NCBI GenBank assembly: GCA_951406725.2
Contig: OX597833.1
Span: forward strand, 22,134,001-22,198,000
Source of the DNA: Octopus vulgaris
Lineage: Eukaryota
Direction: 5' to 3'
DNA: 64,000 bases
The position numbers were made by a program, and so were the translations under genes. Position 1 is the first letter of the stretch. The number at the start of each line of letters is the position of its first letter. Below the pieces are notes generated by a model. That model made no database searches and was not told the DNA's origin. It worked only from the letters and a program-made list of their open reading frames with translations. Positions 39,273 through 53,160 of the stretch are shown piece after piece.

Positions 39273-39554
39273 ACATATATTTCTCCCATTCATTGTTTCT
39301 ATTACCGATCGGAGTCCACTATATATGAAACTACTATCGCATATTACCTAGGACACAAGTACATCTCATGCTATATACATCCCAAATATGGGAGCATACA
39401 TACCTGCTGCAGAAAAAGTTCATCTTAAATTTTTATTTCCGCTGCTTGGTGACATTTACTTTATCTGTTTATTCTATATCCTTTTATTTCCATCCTCTTC
39501 ATACTATACATTATTCTGCCCCTTGGCATTCTGTTTATTTATATAAATGGCTTT

Positions 39555-39632
39555 GTGTGTAGGTGTGTATATGCGATACTTATAGAGGTTAGTATATGTG
39601 GGTGTCCGTATGTGTATGCATATAAGTATGTG

Positions 39633-39666
<34 letters not shown>

Positions 39667-40370
39667 AGTATATATATAGATATGTATATATGTATATGTG
39701 TATGTACATAAGTGCATATACATATATAGGTATCTATATATGGTTGTGTGTATGAATGTGTGAGTCTATGTATATACCTGTGTATGGGTGTATATCTGCA
39801 GGCATGTATATGTGTGTATCTGTACATATATATGTGTGTGCATGTGTGTGCATGTAAAAAAAAAATATATATATATGTGTTATATGTATATGTATATATC
39901 TTTGTATGTATGTGTGTGTGTATATTTATGAGGCTATGTACACATAAGTATCTCCATGTCTGTGCATACATATATGTTTGGGTCTGCGTGTTTGTGTATG
40001 CATATCTATCGGTGTATGTATGTATGTGTGCATATATATATAAATATGTGTATGTGTTTGTGTATTTTTGTATACGTGCATGTACTTGGGTAGATGTGTT
40101 GGTTTGTGTGCATAGGTATAGGTGTGTATGGAGAGAGATTTATGCATATCACCCATACTTCCAGTTTTTTTATAAATTTGATTTAACCGTACCTGTATAA
40201 TTTTATATAGTTCAGAATTAGCATATCCAATCTCTAATTTTACCACTAATGTGTGTGCGACTATATATATATATATATATATACACACACATATATATAC
40301 ATATATACACATACATATATATACATATATATATACATATATACACATACATATATGTATATATATATAC

Positions 40371-40415
<45 letters not shown>

Positions 40416-40476
40416 TATATACATATATACACATACATATATGTATATATATATATATACGTTTATATATATATAC

Positions 40477-40533
<57 letters not shown>

Positions 40534-40576
40534 TATATACATATATACACATACATATATGTATATATATATATAC

Positions 40577-40633
<57 letters not shown>

Positions 40634-40658
40634 TATATACATATATATACATATATAC

Positions 40659-40732
<74 letters not shown>

Positions 40733-40811
40733 TACATATATATATACATATATATATACATATATATACATATATACACATACATATATATATACATATA
40801 TATACATATAT

Positions 40812-40890
<79 letters not shown>
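39555..40890. repeat. Complex (TA)/(TG)/(CA) microsatellite array with higher-order units
   Basis: A unit containing tatacacatacatatatgtatata...cgtttata recurs at 40260-40890. This array explains the long YI/IY pseudo-ORFs. Confidence 0.95.
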
Positions 40891-42349
40891 TCTCATTATT
40901 TGCCAATAACAATTGATAATATGTTGTTATTGAATAATAGCAATTGACTGTATGCATAGATATTTGGCTGTAAACTTTGACTATAAGTGAATGACAGTAA
41001 CAATTTATTTTTTTATCGTAGGAAGATCATTATGTTAATAACAAACACATGCACAGGTTCAATTTTACTTATTCTTTATTTGATGATTGGTTATTCATTT
41101 AACCAACTTATTCAGTGATCAGTCAGCTATGTTTGTCAAAATCCTTTTCTCACTATTTGCAACCTCTTCAAAGACATGCCCTCTCTATTCCAGGTCAGCT
41201 TCAGACCTGAAGCTTTGAAGAGGTCATGAATGCCAACAAAAAAAGATTTTTATAAACACAACTGAGTGATTTATTAACCAAATGATTAATCAAACAATTG
41301 ATTAGGTGGTTGCTTAAATAGGCAACCAAATAACAAAAGAAAAAAATGACAAAGTTGAAACAGTGTGTGTGTTTATTATTGGCATAATGACCCTCTCAAA
41401 AGATAAAAATTTGGTTCAACACATAAGTTCACATCAAGAATCTTGTAAATCAGATACAAAATATACAACTGACAATAGCCTACATATAATTATTTGACAG
41501 TAACACTTGGTTATTTACAAATGACAGTAAGAAATGACTATAAATATTTGACTGATTATATTTAATTATTTGGCTGTAACACTTAACTATATGCAATTGA
41601 CAACAACATTTGACCTGTTGAGAGAGAGGGGGGGGAGAAAGGGAGAGAGAGGAATTAGGAAAGAGAGAAGGAGAGAGAGAGGGACATAGAGAGATCATGG
41701 TGGTGGTGGTGGTGGTGGTGGTGGTGGTAATTGCATAGTTTAAAAGTGTATATTTTTAATTCAACAAAGTTTTTTTTATATCAGCAATCACTTAACGCAT
41801 GTGCATAAGTGCAATTCAATGAAATATTCAAGCTTATTTACATGGCAGATATATACAATTTAACTAAAGGTTGTATCATATGTTCAGGGTATATATATAT
41901 TTTTTTTATTTATGGGGCAAAATGGAGAAATGAGTGAATATTCATTTTATGAGTGCTGTGTATTAGGTCTATAAAATTGTGCATAAAGTATATAAAGTAT
42001 ATATATAAAGTGCATTAAGTAATCATCATATTCCAATTTCTTTCACTTTTCAATGAGTAACAGGTGAGTGACTATCTTTCCATAAAGAGACAAGCTATGC
42101 TTTCAGATTTTTTGGATAAAGTTTACAGAAATAACCCAATAGGTTTACCATTAATTCTGTAAAATATTCATGGGTCCCACTAGTTACATATTAACCTGTA
42201 TTTTTTTTATATATTAATGTTACTGTTTACCCCCAGGTCATCTCTTACTAAGTGGACCTATGATCAAAGAATATATTTTGAACTACATTCTCCAATGTGT
42301 TCTTAGTTCTACAAGGTGCTAAGAGGTATATTGAAGGTAAATTGGTGGT

Positions 42350-42550
42350 CCTGTACCTAAATTAGAAGCCATTATTATTTGGTTTGACTCAGGTTCGATT
42401 TTATTCCTGGTGGGATTTATGTGAGTAGCAGGTTACTAGCTGTAATCTGAGGTGTCCACAAGTTTTCAGTAGTCTTTCAAGTGCCTGAAACCTTCCTGAT
42501 AATCCTTGCTGTCCCTAAGAGACAAACTTTCTGTAGGAGCTCCATAGTGC
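42350..42550 (-). mobile_element. 3' end of an R4/Dong-like (restriction-like endonuclease) non-LTR retrotransposon
   Basis: MELLQKVCLLGTARIIRKVSGT* matches the LQKxxLLGTAxIxRKVL C-terminal motif; a short 3' UTR follows. Confidence 0.7.
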
Positions 42551-42562
42551 ATTTTATCATCA

Positions 42563-42594
<32 letters not shown>

Positions 42595-44424
42595 GAGAGA
42601 GAGAGAGAGCAGTGAATGCCATCAAAGAGACACTGGGGTAAACTATATGAACCCAGTATACCCATCATGACTACCCATCTGATAAGGGGACACTAGGCAC
42701 ATGCATCACAACCATATGTGTGTGACATGGTGATCTCATATCAAGATAAACAGCATATGACCTTGCAGGTGGAGCCCAGTTAGAATCTTCTTCAGGTCGA
42801 GTAACCCATTCCGCTCAAAAGGTCCCTGTTAAGGATGTTGAACGAAACATCCATGTTTCCAGAGGTGAATTATTCAAACCCTAAAGAATCCCTCTCAACA
42901 CATGGCTATGATACTCTCCCACTACTTCTGCTCGTAATCAGAGATGCACATATCGTCAGCCACTAAGGGACATGCTCAACTGGTTAAGGTCAAACAACTG
43001 ACAAGCAAATCTGTGGTATTGAGCAGAATATTTGTTGTAGCCCATCTTTTATACCAAGACAAAATAATGTACATGATAACACTTCCAATCTGTTAAAGTC
43101 AGGAGCTATGAGAGCCACTGCCTGGTACTGCATCAAGGCATGTATTATCATCATCATTATTATTATTATTATTGTGTTTTAAGGCTAAGGCAGCAAGCTG
43201 GCAGGATCGTTAGCAGGCCAGGTAAAATGCTCAGCAGTATTTCATCTACCAAGGTCAACTTTCATCCTTTCGTCCTTTCGGGGTGTCAATAAATTGAGTA
43301 CCAGTTGAGTACCAGGGATGATGTAATTGACTTACTCCCTCCCCAAAGTTGCTGGCCTTGTGCCAAAATTTGAAATCATCATCATGTTTTAAAGGAGCAA
43401 GCTGGCAGAATTGTTAGCACCCCAGGTAAAAAATGCCTAACCACATTTCAGCCATCTTTATGTCCTGTGTTCAAATTCCACTGAGGTTAACTTTGCCTTT
43501 CATCCTTTCAGAGTCAATTAAGTACCAGTGAAACACTTGTGTCGATGTATTTGACTAAAACCCTGCCCCCAAATTTCAGGCCTTGTGCTTATAGCAGAAA
43601 GGATTATTATTATTATTATCATTATTATTATTATTATTATTATTATGTTTTAATGTAGCAAGGTGGCAGAATCATAAGTGTGCTTAACAAAGTGCTTAGC
43701 AGCATTTCTTCTGGCTCTACATTCTGAATTCAAATTCTGCCAAGGTTGAATTAGCATGGTTGAAATGTTCGTTTCACAACCATGTCATTTTGGGTTCAAT
43801 CTTATTGTACAGCAACTTGAATTAAGTATCTTCCACCATAATCCTGGACTGACAAATGTTTTATGAGAGAATTTGGTAGGCAGAGACTGAATGCAAGTCC
43901 ACTGTATAAAAGTGTATGTATGTGTATGCGTTCCATGCTGGTGTATGTGTGTGTGTATGTGTGTGTGAGTGTGCATGCATGTGTGCATACATGTGTGTGT
44001 ATGCATATAGATGAATATATATGGATACACGGCTTTGTAGCTAAATAAATACATGGTTGTCTTTACATACAGGCATGTTCTCTGCATGCCATTTCAGCTG
44101 AGTGTTCCTAATCTTGTGGGCTTGTGGGAGCTGGTACCATGTAAAAAGCACCCATGCAGGTTCCAGGTTAAAGCACCCATGCTGATTCTAGGTAAAAGCA
44201 CCCATGCTGGTGCCACGTAAACACAACCAGGCAGGTGCTGTGTAAAAGCACCCAGTACACTCTGTAAAGTAGTGGGCATTAGGAAGGGTATCCGGCTGTA
44301 GAAACCATGTCAAAACAGACATGAAGCCCGGGCAACTCTTCAGCTGCTCAGCTCCTGTCAACCCATCCAACCCATGCCAGCATAGAAAAGAGACATTATA
44401 TAATGGTGAGATGAAGATGATGCT

Positions 44425-45050
44425 ATATGAGACATACGTATAATGTGTCCCAACAAGCAGATGTGGTGTTGTGCCATGGTGGTTTCAATGCTGGGCAGTC
44501 TGGCCCAGAGCAGAACCTCTTCATTGGTAACATAGTCCTTCCATTGAATCCTCATGATTGCAAGAAGTTTGTGTTGTTGGAAAGATTTGATTGTCTCCAA
44601 GTTACATTGATGCAAAATGCACATCTCACAGCCATAGAAGAGTGTGGAAAGAACAATAGCTTGGAATCAGCTCCTTTTTGCAGAGTTGGCTCCAGGCACT
44701 AGACCACACAGAGCCCCTAAATTCTGTTTCTGAGATCAGCTCAAGGTCACTCACCTCTGCTGCTCCACCGGTTTAAATACCTGGGAGACAATCGCCAAAG
44801 ATCATCCAAAGTAGAAGAATGCATTACCAAGGGAACAGACCAGATGGAAAATAACAGAAGTCAAGAGGTAGGGGTCAGACATCGAAGAAGCAAAGAGTGA
44901 CTTGCACTTCCTTGTCCCTTGCCAAACACTCCCCTGCAATAAATGCCTCCAACTCTTCTATACAGCCCTTGGACTGAACAGCCACCTCAGGCACTAGCAT
45001 CCTTTACACCCATCAGGATGGAATTGCTCAACCACTCACTACAGATTATC
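44425..45050. mobile_element. RTE/BovB-like LINE 3' fragment with 5' inversion
   Basis: Minus 44667-44425 reads FQAIVLSTLFYGCE..RIQWKDYVTNEEVL..LPSIE..LLGHIIRM. Plus from 44668 reads QLLFAELAPGTRPHRAPKFCF*DQLK and later CNKCLQLFYTALGLNSHLRH. Confidence 0.85.
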
Positions 45051-45114
45051 TACTCAAATATGAGTTAATACCAATGCCTATATATATACATATATATATA
45101 CATGTGTGTGTGTA

Positions 45115-45168
<54 letters not shown>

Positions 45169-46511
45169 ACACATACATATATGTGTGTATATGTATGTAT
45201 ATATATATACATATATATATATATATACTCACACACACACACATATATGTGTGTATGTGTATGTATATATATATATATACATATATATATCTGTATATAC
45301 ACACACATATATGTGTGTATGTGTATGTATATATATATATACTACTCATATATGTATGAGTAGTATGTGTGTATATATGTGTGTGAGTGTGAGTATATAT
45401 GTATAAAATATGTATGCATAATGAGGGTTGAAACAAGTCACTATCAACAAAATAATTAATTAAATCAGTTATTCGTTAGTGAATGTTTCAGAGTCAGTTG
45501 TCATCATAGCCATCATGATGGCAGAAATATGATTGGTTCTTCTAAATATCTAGATTTGGTTTTAACTCACTCCACTCCATCACCACTGCCACCAATCTCA
45601 TCAAACAACAACTCTCTTTCCATTTTATGGTATCAATGGCAGAAATCCTGGGATATTTATGATGTTTTCCATAATTCTGTGTTGCTTTTGCATTGTATTG
45701 TATTGTATTGTATTGTATTGTCAGAATAGCACAAACTTACTGACCGTATCTCCGTTGCTGGTGCCACCAGACACAAGCCAACAGCTACCGCTGGCTTAAC
45801 TCCAAACCAATATAGTCTGTACGCCTGGATGCTTGTACTAATATTCCTTGTTGCCAAAGTGTCTCGGCAGTTGGCAGAAGGTGTGGGTGGGTGGGTGGTG
45901 TGGTGAAAGAACATTAAAAAAAGGGTAGCAAACATATAAAGAGAATCTCAAAAGTTTGGGACATACACCTGTAATTTAATGATATTCTATTGTTAGAGGT
46001 TATTTTATCCATAAAACTCCTAGTCAGTTCCTCTTGTTTCATAGGGATCAGTCATCCCTTTTTTTTCCAGATCAATCAGGATTTTTTCCTTCATTATTAC
46101 ATTCTTATGTAATAGAGTTTTTTTTTTGTTTTATCTTTTACTTGTTTCTGTTGTTGGACCGTGTCCATGCTGGGGCACTACCTTGAAAGGTTTTAGTTGG
46201 ACAAATTGTTTTTTAAGATGAGTCCTTATTCAATCAGTTTCATTTGCCAAACTGCTAAGTTATGGGCTATGTGCACAAACAACACCAATTGACAAGCAAT
46301 AGTGGGAGAGGGAAAACACAGACATAAAGATATTCACACACAACTGGCTTCCACACAGTTTCCATCTACCAAATTTACTTACAAGGCAAATCAGGGCAAG
46401 AGTAAAAGACACTTGCCCAAAGTGATGCACAATTGGACTGAACCCAGAACCATGTGATTGCAAAGCAAGTCTACTTAGCCACACAGCCATGGCTGTGCCT
46501 ACAAAAATATA

Positions 46512-46944
46512 CAAGATCTGATCAAAAAGTGTCAGAACTGTTGCTATGGTAATGGAACTAAAGTACACAGAGTGAAGCCTTTTGGCACTGATTGACCTTG
46601 AGCTCTGTTGAGTACAAGCAGTATGTTGGTTACAGAAAGACCACAGTAACAAAACAGAAACTTTGTTTGAAAATTCAAAGAATACATAAATTAGCATAAA
46701 CGAATACATATACACACACAATCGGATACATGTACACACAGAAACGAAAACATACACTTCGGTGATCTAAGTACAGGGATTTTATTAGATGATATGGAAA
46801 ATAGTAAATTATTTCATTAGGGTGTACTTTTGGACCTGTATTCCGTGAATGTCTAAGTCACAGCATTCTCAATCACTTCCATTCTTTATAAGTGTGTCGA
46901 GTGTGGTTGTCTTACCACACCACAGAAGTTCCATCAGTGATCAT

Positions 46945-46994
<50 letters not shown>

Positions 46995-47249
46995 GTGAGT
47001 GCATGCATGGAAAGAGACATGGCTTGAAGGTTATTATTTCAAAGAATATTTCCAAAAATCAAATCCCACTTGAAAGGAACAAGATTTCAAGACATCAAGG
47101 AAATCCAAGAGAAAATGTGACAAGGCAGCTGCTCACTATCCCAAAAAAGGAGCTCCAGCAATACTTCAAGGCAGATTAAATACCGAATTGGTATGTGTTG
47201 TAGTTTTCTTTTTATAGCACCAGTCTTAATACTTTTTGATCAGATGTCA
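46512..47249 (+). mobile_element. Internally deleted mariner element
   Basis: TA-flanked TIRs caagatctgatcaaaaagtgtcagaactg / cagtcttaatactttttgatcagatgtca. C-terminal relic LKGTRFQDIKEIQ..ENVTRQLLTIPKKELQQYF. Confidence 0.85.
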
Positions 47250-47995
47250 TACTTAAAAAATAACTGATTAAATAAATACACTTTTAAAATGTGCCTCACT
47301 TGAATCAATAGTGGGAGACAAATCTGTATTTATATTCAACACCAGGTGTCAGGTAAACAAGCAAAGCTGAGAAAGGAATCGACAAGATTTCTCTACCAAA
47401 GGTTCTATTCTCTTCTCTATAAGACTCCATATCCAGCTCTCATCTGTGAATCCATAAACTGTTGGCATGTGGTTGTTGGTCCACTCATTGGACAACAGCA
47501 TTGGCAGGCCAGCTGGATAAGGATAAGAAGTAGCTAACAAGCCTTGAAACTCTCAATTATATTCCTGAAGAGTTTGTAAAGCGATTCTGGCAATACAATA
47601 CAATGTAATGTAGACATGTAAAGATTGAATTTTCAGTAGACTGAGTGATAGAAACTTAACCATCAATGATCATGCTTTAACAAGCAGAAAGCTGATATAC
47701 AGCAACATCACTCTGGAACATGTATCTCAGAGTGTGGTGAAGCATGTGGCAAGATATTTAATATTTGCTTGATCTACATATCTCCCCATATTCTGAGGTC
47801 CATGTTCCACAGTAATGATGCCAGATACGACCTTTCTGCTTGTTAAAACAAAACCATTTATTGTTGGGTTTCTTCCACATAGTTTGCTGAAAATCTAGTT
47901 TATGTTTAATTTGACAAGGCCTTAATGAATATATCTCTCTTTTTACAAAATGCTAGGATGTAATTTAAGGAATATTTGGCTACTATCTTTAACAT

Positions 47996-48382
47996 AGGCG
48001 TAGAAGTAGCTGTGTGGTAAATAGCTTGCTTACCAACCACATGGTTCCAGATTCAGTCTTGGGCAAGTGTCTTCTACTATAGCCTCGGGTCGACCAAAGC
48101 CTTGTGAGTGAATTTGGTAGATAGAAACTGAAAGAAGCCCGTCGTATATATGTATATATATATGGGTGTGTTTGTGTGTCTGTGTTTGTTCCCCCAACAT
48201 CGCTTGACAACCGATGCTGGTGTGTTTATGTCCCTGTAACTTAGCGGTTCGGCAAAAGAGACCGATAGAATAAGTACTAGGCTTACAAAGAATAAGTCCT
48301 GGGGTTGATTTGCTCGACTAAAGGCAGTGCTCCAGCATGGCCACAGTCACATAACTGAAACAAGTAAAAGAGTAAAGAGTAA
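47996..48382 (+). mobile_element. Family A SINE
   Basis: Head to gtaaaagag tail. Similar copies at 50325-50722(+), 37060-37490(-), 56300-56735(-), 30615-31020(+), 51550-52160(+). Confidence 0.9.
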
Positions 48383-48759
48383 GTTCAGCCAGAGCTCTGA
48401 GGTTCCCTTGTTGTCTTATAATGAGTACACAGTAGGGAATGGTAGACCCAGAAAATGATTAACTTAGTAAAGAATATGTTCTTTGTCCTTTGTTGTTGAA
48501 GGTGAGCAAGACTTAAGATAATCTTCCTTCATTCCAATCATCCTATAGAATCTCTGTTCTATACATTAAGTAACCTCAGTTATTCCTTGCCACTGGATCA
48601 AAATGTCCGGGATATATGATAGAGGCTGATCATTTGGTGCAGCTCTCACTCACTGTAATCTAAATTGTGTACAAATTAAATCACTGTAAAAGTTCTGTAG
48701 CCACGAAGAAGCAGTAATGATACACCCAAGCTTAGCTCAAGTCTTCATTCAGGCAGCTC

Positions 48760-49195
48760 AAGATCCAAGTCAGTCTTGAGTCTAGTTCATCTTCAACAAC
48801 AAAGTGCAAACAGTTTAATCCTCTTTTAGGTCCATCATTCACTATGACACAACTATTACAAGAGAAGTGAGTCTCAGTGTAGTCAACAAACATGCTAAAG
48901 GTAGTAGCTAAACGTTCTTTAAATTACTTTGTCACACAATATCACAGTATTGACCAGAACATCAAATGCTGTTATACACTACTGATCACGATGTGCTTCC
49001 AATTCTGTTTTGATTGTACCATTCTTTTCCATCATGACTCAAATTGCTTAACTAAATTGTCTTCCATCATCGAGGAGACCTTCCAAGTGGCCTTTTCCAA
49101 TCTCTTGAATTGGCGATCACTTGATGACTGTATGAAACCACCTGTTGTCTGTGAACCTTACAACATATCTGCCAACGAAGAAGCCTCTGAGTAGT
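48760..49195 (+). mobile_element. Highly decayed RTE-like LINE fragment
   Basis: Weak match to the LGSxIxxDxxIxxEV...IxxxTK pattern (..SIIHYDTTITREV..SIDQNIK) with frameshifts. Confidence 0.35.
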
Positions 49196-51579
49196 CAACA
49201 AAAAAAAAAAGCCAAAGACAGCAACTAAATATTCCTTAAATTACATCCTACCATTTTTTTTAAAAGGAGAAGGGACATATCTGTTAAGGGTTTGTCAAGC
49301 TACACATAAAACTAGATTTTCAGTGAACTGTGAGGAAGAAACCCAACCATCAATGGCCATATTCCCACAAGCAGAAAGGTAGTATCCAGCATCATCACTA
49401 TGAGATATATACCTCAAAGTATGGTGAGACATAAAGATCAAGAAAATATTAAATAGGCAAGTGGTTCTCAGTTCAATATCCAGTGGTTCTCAACCATTTT
49501 TTTTTTGTGCCTATGGGCCCCTTTGGTTCCTATTTTACACTACAGGACCTCCATAGCAATTCGATAAATATAAAAAATCTCACTGTATTTTTATAGTTAA
49601 ATATTATTAAGGATTGTATAAAAAAAAATTAATAGATTTTGAGTATTCATCATCATCATTTAATATCCGTTTTCCACGTTTGGCATGGGTTTCACAGTCT
49701 AACTGGAAATGGTAAGCCAGAGAGTTGCACCAGGTTCCAGTCTGTTTTGGCTTGGTTTCTATGGTTGGATACCCTTCCTATACTTTTATTGTAGAAATAT
49801 AACAAATTTATTGCATATAAATTCTAACAACAAAATTTTATATAGACACCCCTCCCCCAAGGGCCATAAGGAACCCCCAGTTCCTTTAGGCATTAATATC
49901 AGTGGGTTTCTAAGCAGTGCCTTCGTGAGAGTGTTAAGGAAGCTACATAGCTGTTTCTTCTTTTTCTACCCATAAACATTGTATCCTTATCATAATTATC
50001 ATCATTTAATGTCCACTTTCTATGCTGAAATGAGTTGGATGGTTTGACTGGATCCAGTGAGTCATAGAGCTGCATCTATCTCCAATATTAGCTTTGGCAT
50101 GGTTTCAACAGCTGGATGCCTTTCCTAATGCCAGCCACTTTACAATATATACTGGGTGAGGGTTTTTTTTTGTGCCACTATTACTATGTGTAAAGACAAA
50201 ATTTTTACATTCATCATCATAATACAAAGTTGGCTAAAAATCTATAGACATCTTCTATAGTACACTATAGCAATGAAATGAAACATTGTAAATAAATACC
50301 CCAGTAATTTAAAATTAAATAATGTATGTGTGGTAAGTAGCTTGCTTACCAACCACATGGTTCCAGGTTCAGTCCCACTGCGTAGCACCTTGGGCAAGTG
50401 TCTTCTACTATAGCCTCAGGCCGACCGATGCCTTGTGAATGGATGTGGTAGACAGAAACTGAAAGAAGCCCATCGTATATACGTATATATATATATATGT
50501 ATGTATGTGTATATGTTTGTGCGTCTTTGTCCCCCAACATCGCTTGACAACTGATGGTGGTGTGTTTATGTCCCCATAACTTAGTGGTTCAACAAACAGA
50601 CTGATAGAATAAGTACTAGGCTTCCAAAAAATAAGTCCTGGGGGTTGATTTGCTCGACTAAAGGCGGTGCTCCAGCATGGCCGCATTCAAATGACTGAAA
50701 CAAGTAAAAGGGTAAAAGAGTAAAAAATAATGTAGTCCTAGATATGCAATGTCTGAGAGAAGGATCGGGGGTGGGAATTGAAAGGGAGGCAGGTCATGGC
50801 TGGAGTGACTTTGGTCAGAGATGAGCTGGAGCTAAGTAACAACAGCAACAAAATCAATACCTACAGACTTACCCCCACCCCCTTTTTCTGCCATAATATC
50901 TCTATGGCTACAGTTAATTTTACACAGAAAATAAACTGATAATAATGATGACGACGACGATGATGTTAATGATGATGATGATGATGATGACAATATCAAT
51001 GATGATAGTGTCTAAGATTGACACAAGGTATTAACAAGAAAAGCATTCTATTTTGTTAGAAATATTTATTCCAAAAGAAATCTGTCGTGAGTTAGTTTTC
51101 ATACATCTCTTTTTTAAAATCTTTTCCAAATCAATTATTTTTGTTTTTAATTCTAAATATTTCCCCCATATTGCTAACATAATTATTGTTTCTAACTTCA
51201 GACTTTCGTCTTGGAGGAATTTCTCTACTTCAGAATGCAGACTGTTCCAGCACATGTCATATATAGTGAAAAATGCCAACCAAAATAGTAATAACATCTG
51301 TGGGAACTGACTGTCTCCTGTAACCTGGAGCATCATGTTGGAATCTAAATGCAATTTTGTTTGTAGTTGCTATTTTCACCAAGATGACTTTTGTAAAAGT
51401 AAAGATCAAAGTTACATTGCTATTTTGAGTTGGTTATTTGCAACTCTAAATTCTTGAAACTTTCAAAGGAAAAAAAAAAGACTTCTAGATACAAGCATTA
51501 CCCATCTCTCTCATTCAAGGCCTCAGGCTAAATAAAACACCAGTACACGCAAGTGTGGCTGTGTGGTAAGAAGCTTGAA

Positions 51580-51810
51580 GGCAGCGAGCTGGCAGAATCG
51601 TAAACACGCCAGGCGAAATGCTTAGCAGTATTTCGTCTGCCGTTACGTTCTGAGTTCAAATTCTGCCAAGGTCGGCTTTGCCTTTCATCCTTTCGGGGTC
51701 GATAAATTAAGTACCAGTTATGCACTGGGATCGATGTAATCGACTTAATCCCTTTGTATGTTCTTGTTTGTCCCCTCTGTGTTTAGCCCCTTGTGAGCAA
51801 TAAAGAAATA
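51580..51810 (+). mobile_element. Full-length family B SINE nested in the head of a family A SINE
   Basis: ggcagcgagctggcagaatcg...gagttcaaattc (A/B boxes), Nin-like core and aataaagaaataa tail; flanking duplication taagaagctt. Confidence 0.9.
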
Positions 51811-52934
51811 AGAAGCTTACTTCTCAACCACATGGTTCTGGGTTCAGTCCCACTGTGTGGCACCATGGGCAAATGTTTTCTACTATAGCCTTGGGCTGAC
51901 CAAACAAAGCCTTGTGAGTGGATTTGGTAGATAGAAACTGAAAGAAGCCTATCATTTATATTTATGTGTGTGTTTGTTCTTGTCCCCCACCACCTCGTGA
52001 TAACTGGTGTTGGTATGTTTATGTCCTCATAACTCAGCAGTTTGGGAAAAGAGCCTAATAGAATAAGTACCAGGCTTTAAAAAGTTAGGTTCAACTAAAA
52101 TTCCTCAAGGCAGTACTCCAGCTTGGCTGCAGTCTAATAACTGAAACAAGTAAAAGATAAAGATAAAATTTTTTATAAACCAACTTTATAAGATTTGTCA
52201 TCTACTATAACCTCGAGCCAACCAAAGCCTTGTGAGTGGATTTGGTAGATGGAAACTGAAAGAAGCCTGTCATATATATGTTTGTGTGTCTGTGTTTGTC
52301 CCCACAACATCGCTTGACAACCAATGCTGGTGTGTTTACATCCCCGTAACTTAGCGGTTCGGCAAAAGAGCCCGATAGAATAAGTACTAGGCTTACAAAG
52401 ACTAAGTCATGGGGTCAATTTGCTCAACTAAAAGTGGTGCTCCAGCATGGCCACAGTCACATGACTGAAACAAGTAAAAGAGTATGGCTGTGTGGTTTAA
52501 AAATTCACTTTTCAACCATATGGTTTCAGTTTCAATCCCACCGTGTGGAACCTTAAAATTAAGATGAATATTTTAGGAAATATGACAATTTTAATGGTCA
52601 GCGAATTGGTCAAGATCATGCCTAGTTAGGCCTAAATTAATGATTAGCCATATTTATGATATCATATCTTTCAATCTGAGGTAATAATCATCTTCAAATT
52701 ACACAAATTAATAGTGACCATGCTATAGCATTTTCCTGGGGTTTTTTTAAGTTTCTTCTACAATAGCTCCAAGCTGACCAGTGACTTGTGATTGATTTTG
52801 GTAGATGGAAACTGTGCAGAAGCTCATCATCATCATTGTTTTATTATTCATTTTTCCATGTTTATATGAGTCAGATGGAATATATTGAGGCTGATTATCT
52901 ATAGCTGGATATCCTTCCTGTTGCCAACCCTTAC

Positions 52935-53160
52935 TTATTTCTTTACTGCCCACAAGGGGCTATACACAGAGGGGACAAACAAGGACAGACAAACAGATTA
53001 AGTCAATTATATCGACCCCAGTGCCTAACTGGTACTTATTTAATCGACCCCAAAAGGATGAAAGGCAAAGTGGACCTCAACAGAATTTGAACTCAGAACA
53101 TAGCAGTAGCCGAAATACCGCTAAGCATTTCGCCCAGTGTGCTAACGTTTCTGCCAGCTT
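52935..53160 (-). mobile_element. Family B SINE with clear TSD inside a family D-like repeat
   Basis: ttgccaacccttactt is duplicated on both sides. Confidence 0.9.

Noticed and set aside
40249-40957. Longest ORFs in the track (up to 232 aa, YIYI...)
   Set aside because: Stop-free read-through of TA/CA microsatellite; not protein-coding.
47996-48075. tRNA-like heads of SINE families A, B and C as tRNA genes
   Set aside because: Only A/B-box similarity without a cloverleaf, and they continue into SINE bodies.
51031-51354. 107-aa minus-strand ORF in non-repetitive sequence
   Set aside because: No recognisable domain and no convincing splice sites; length is compatible with chance. A BLASTx would settle it.
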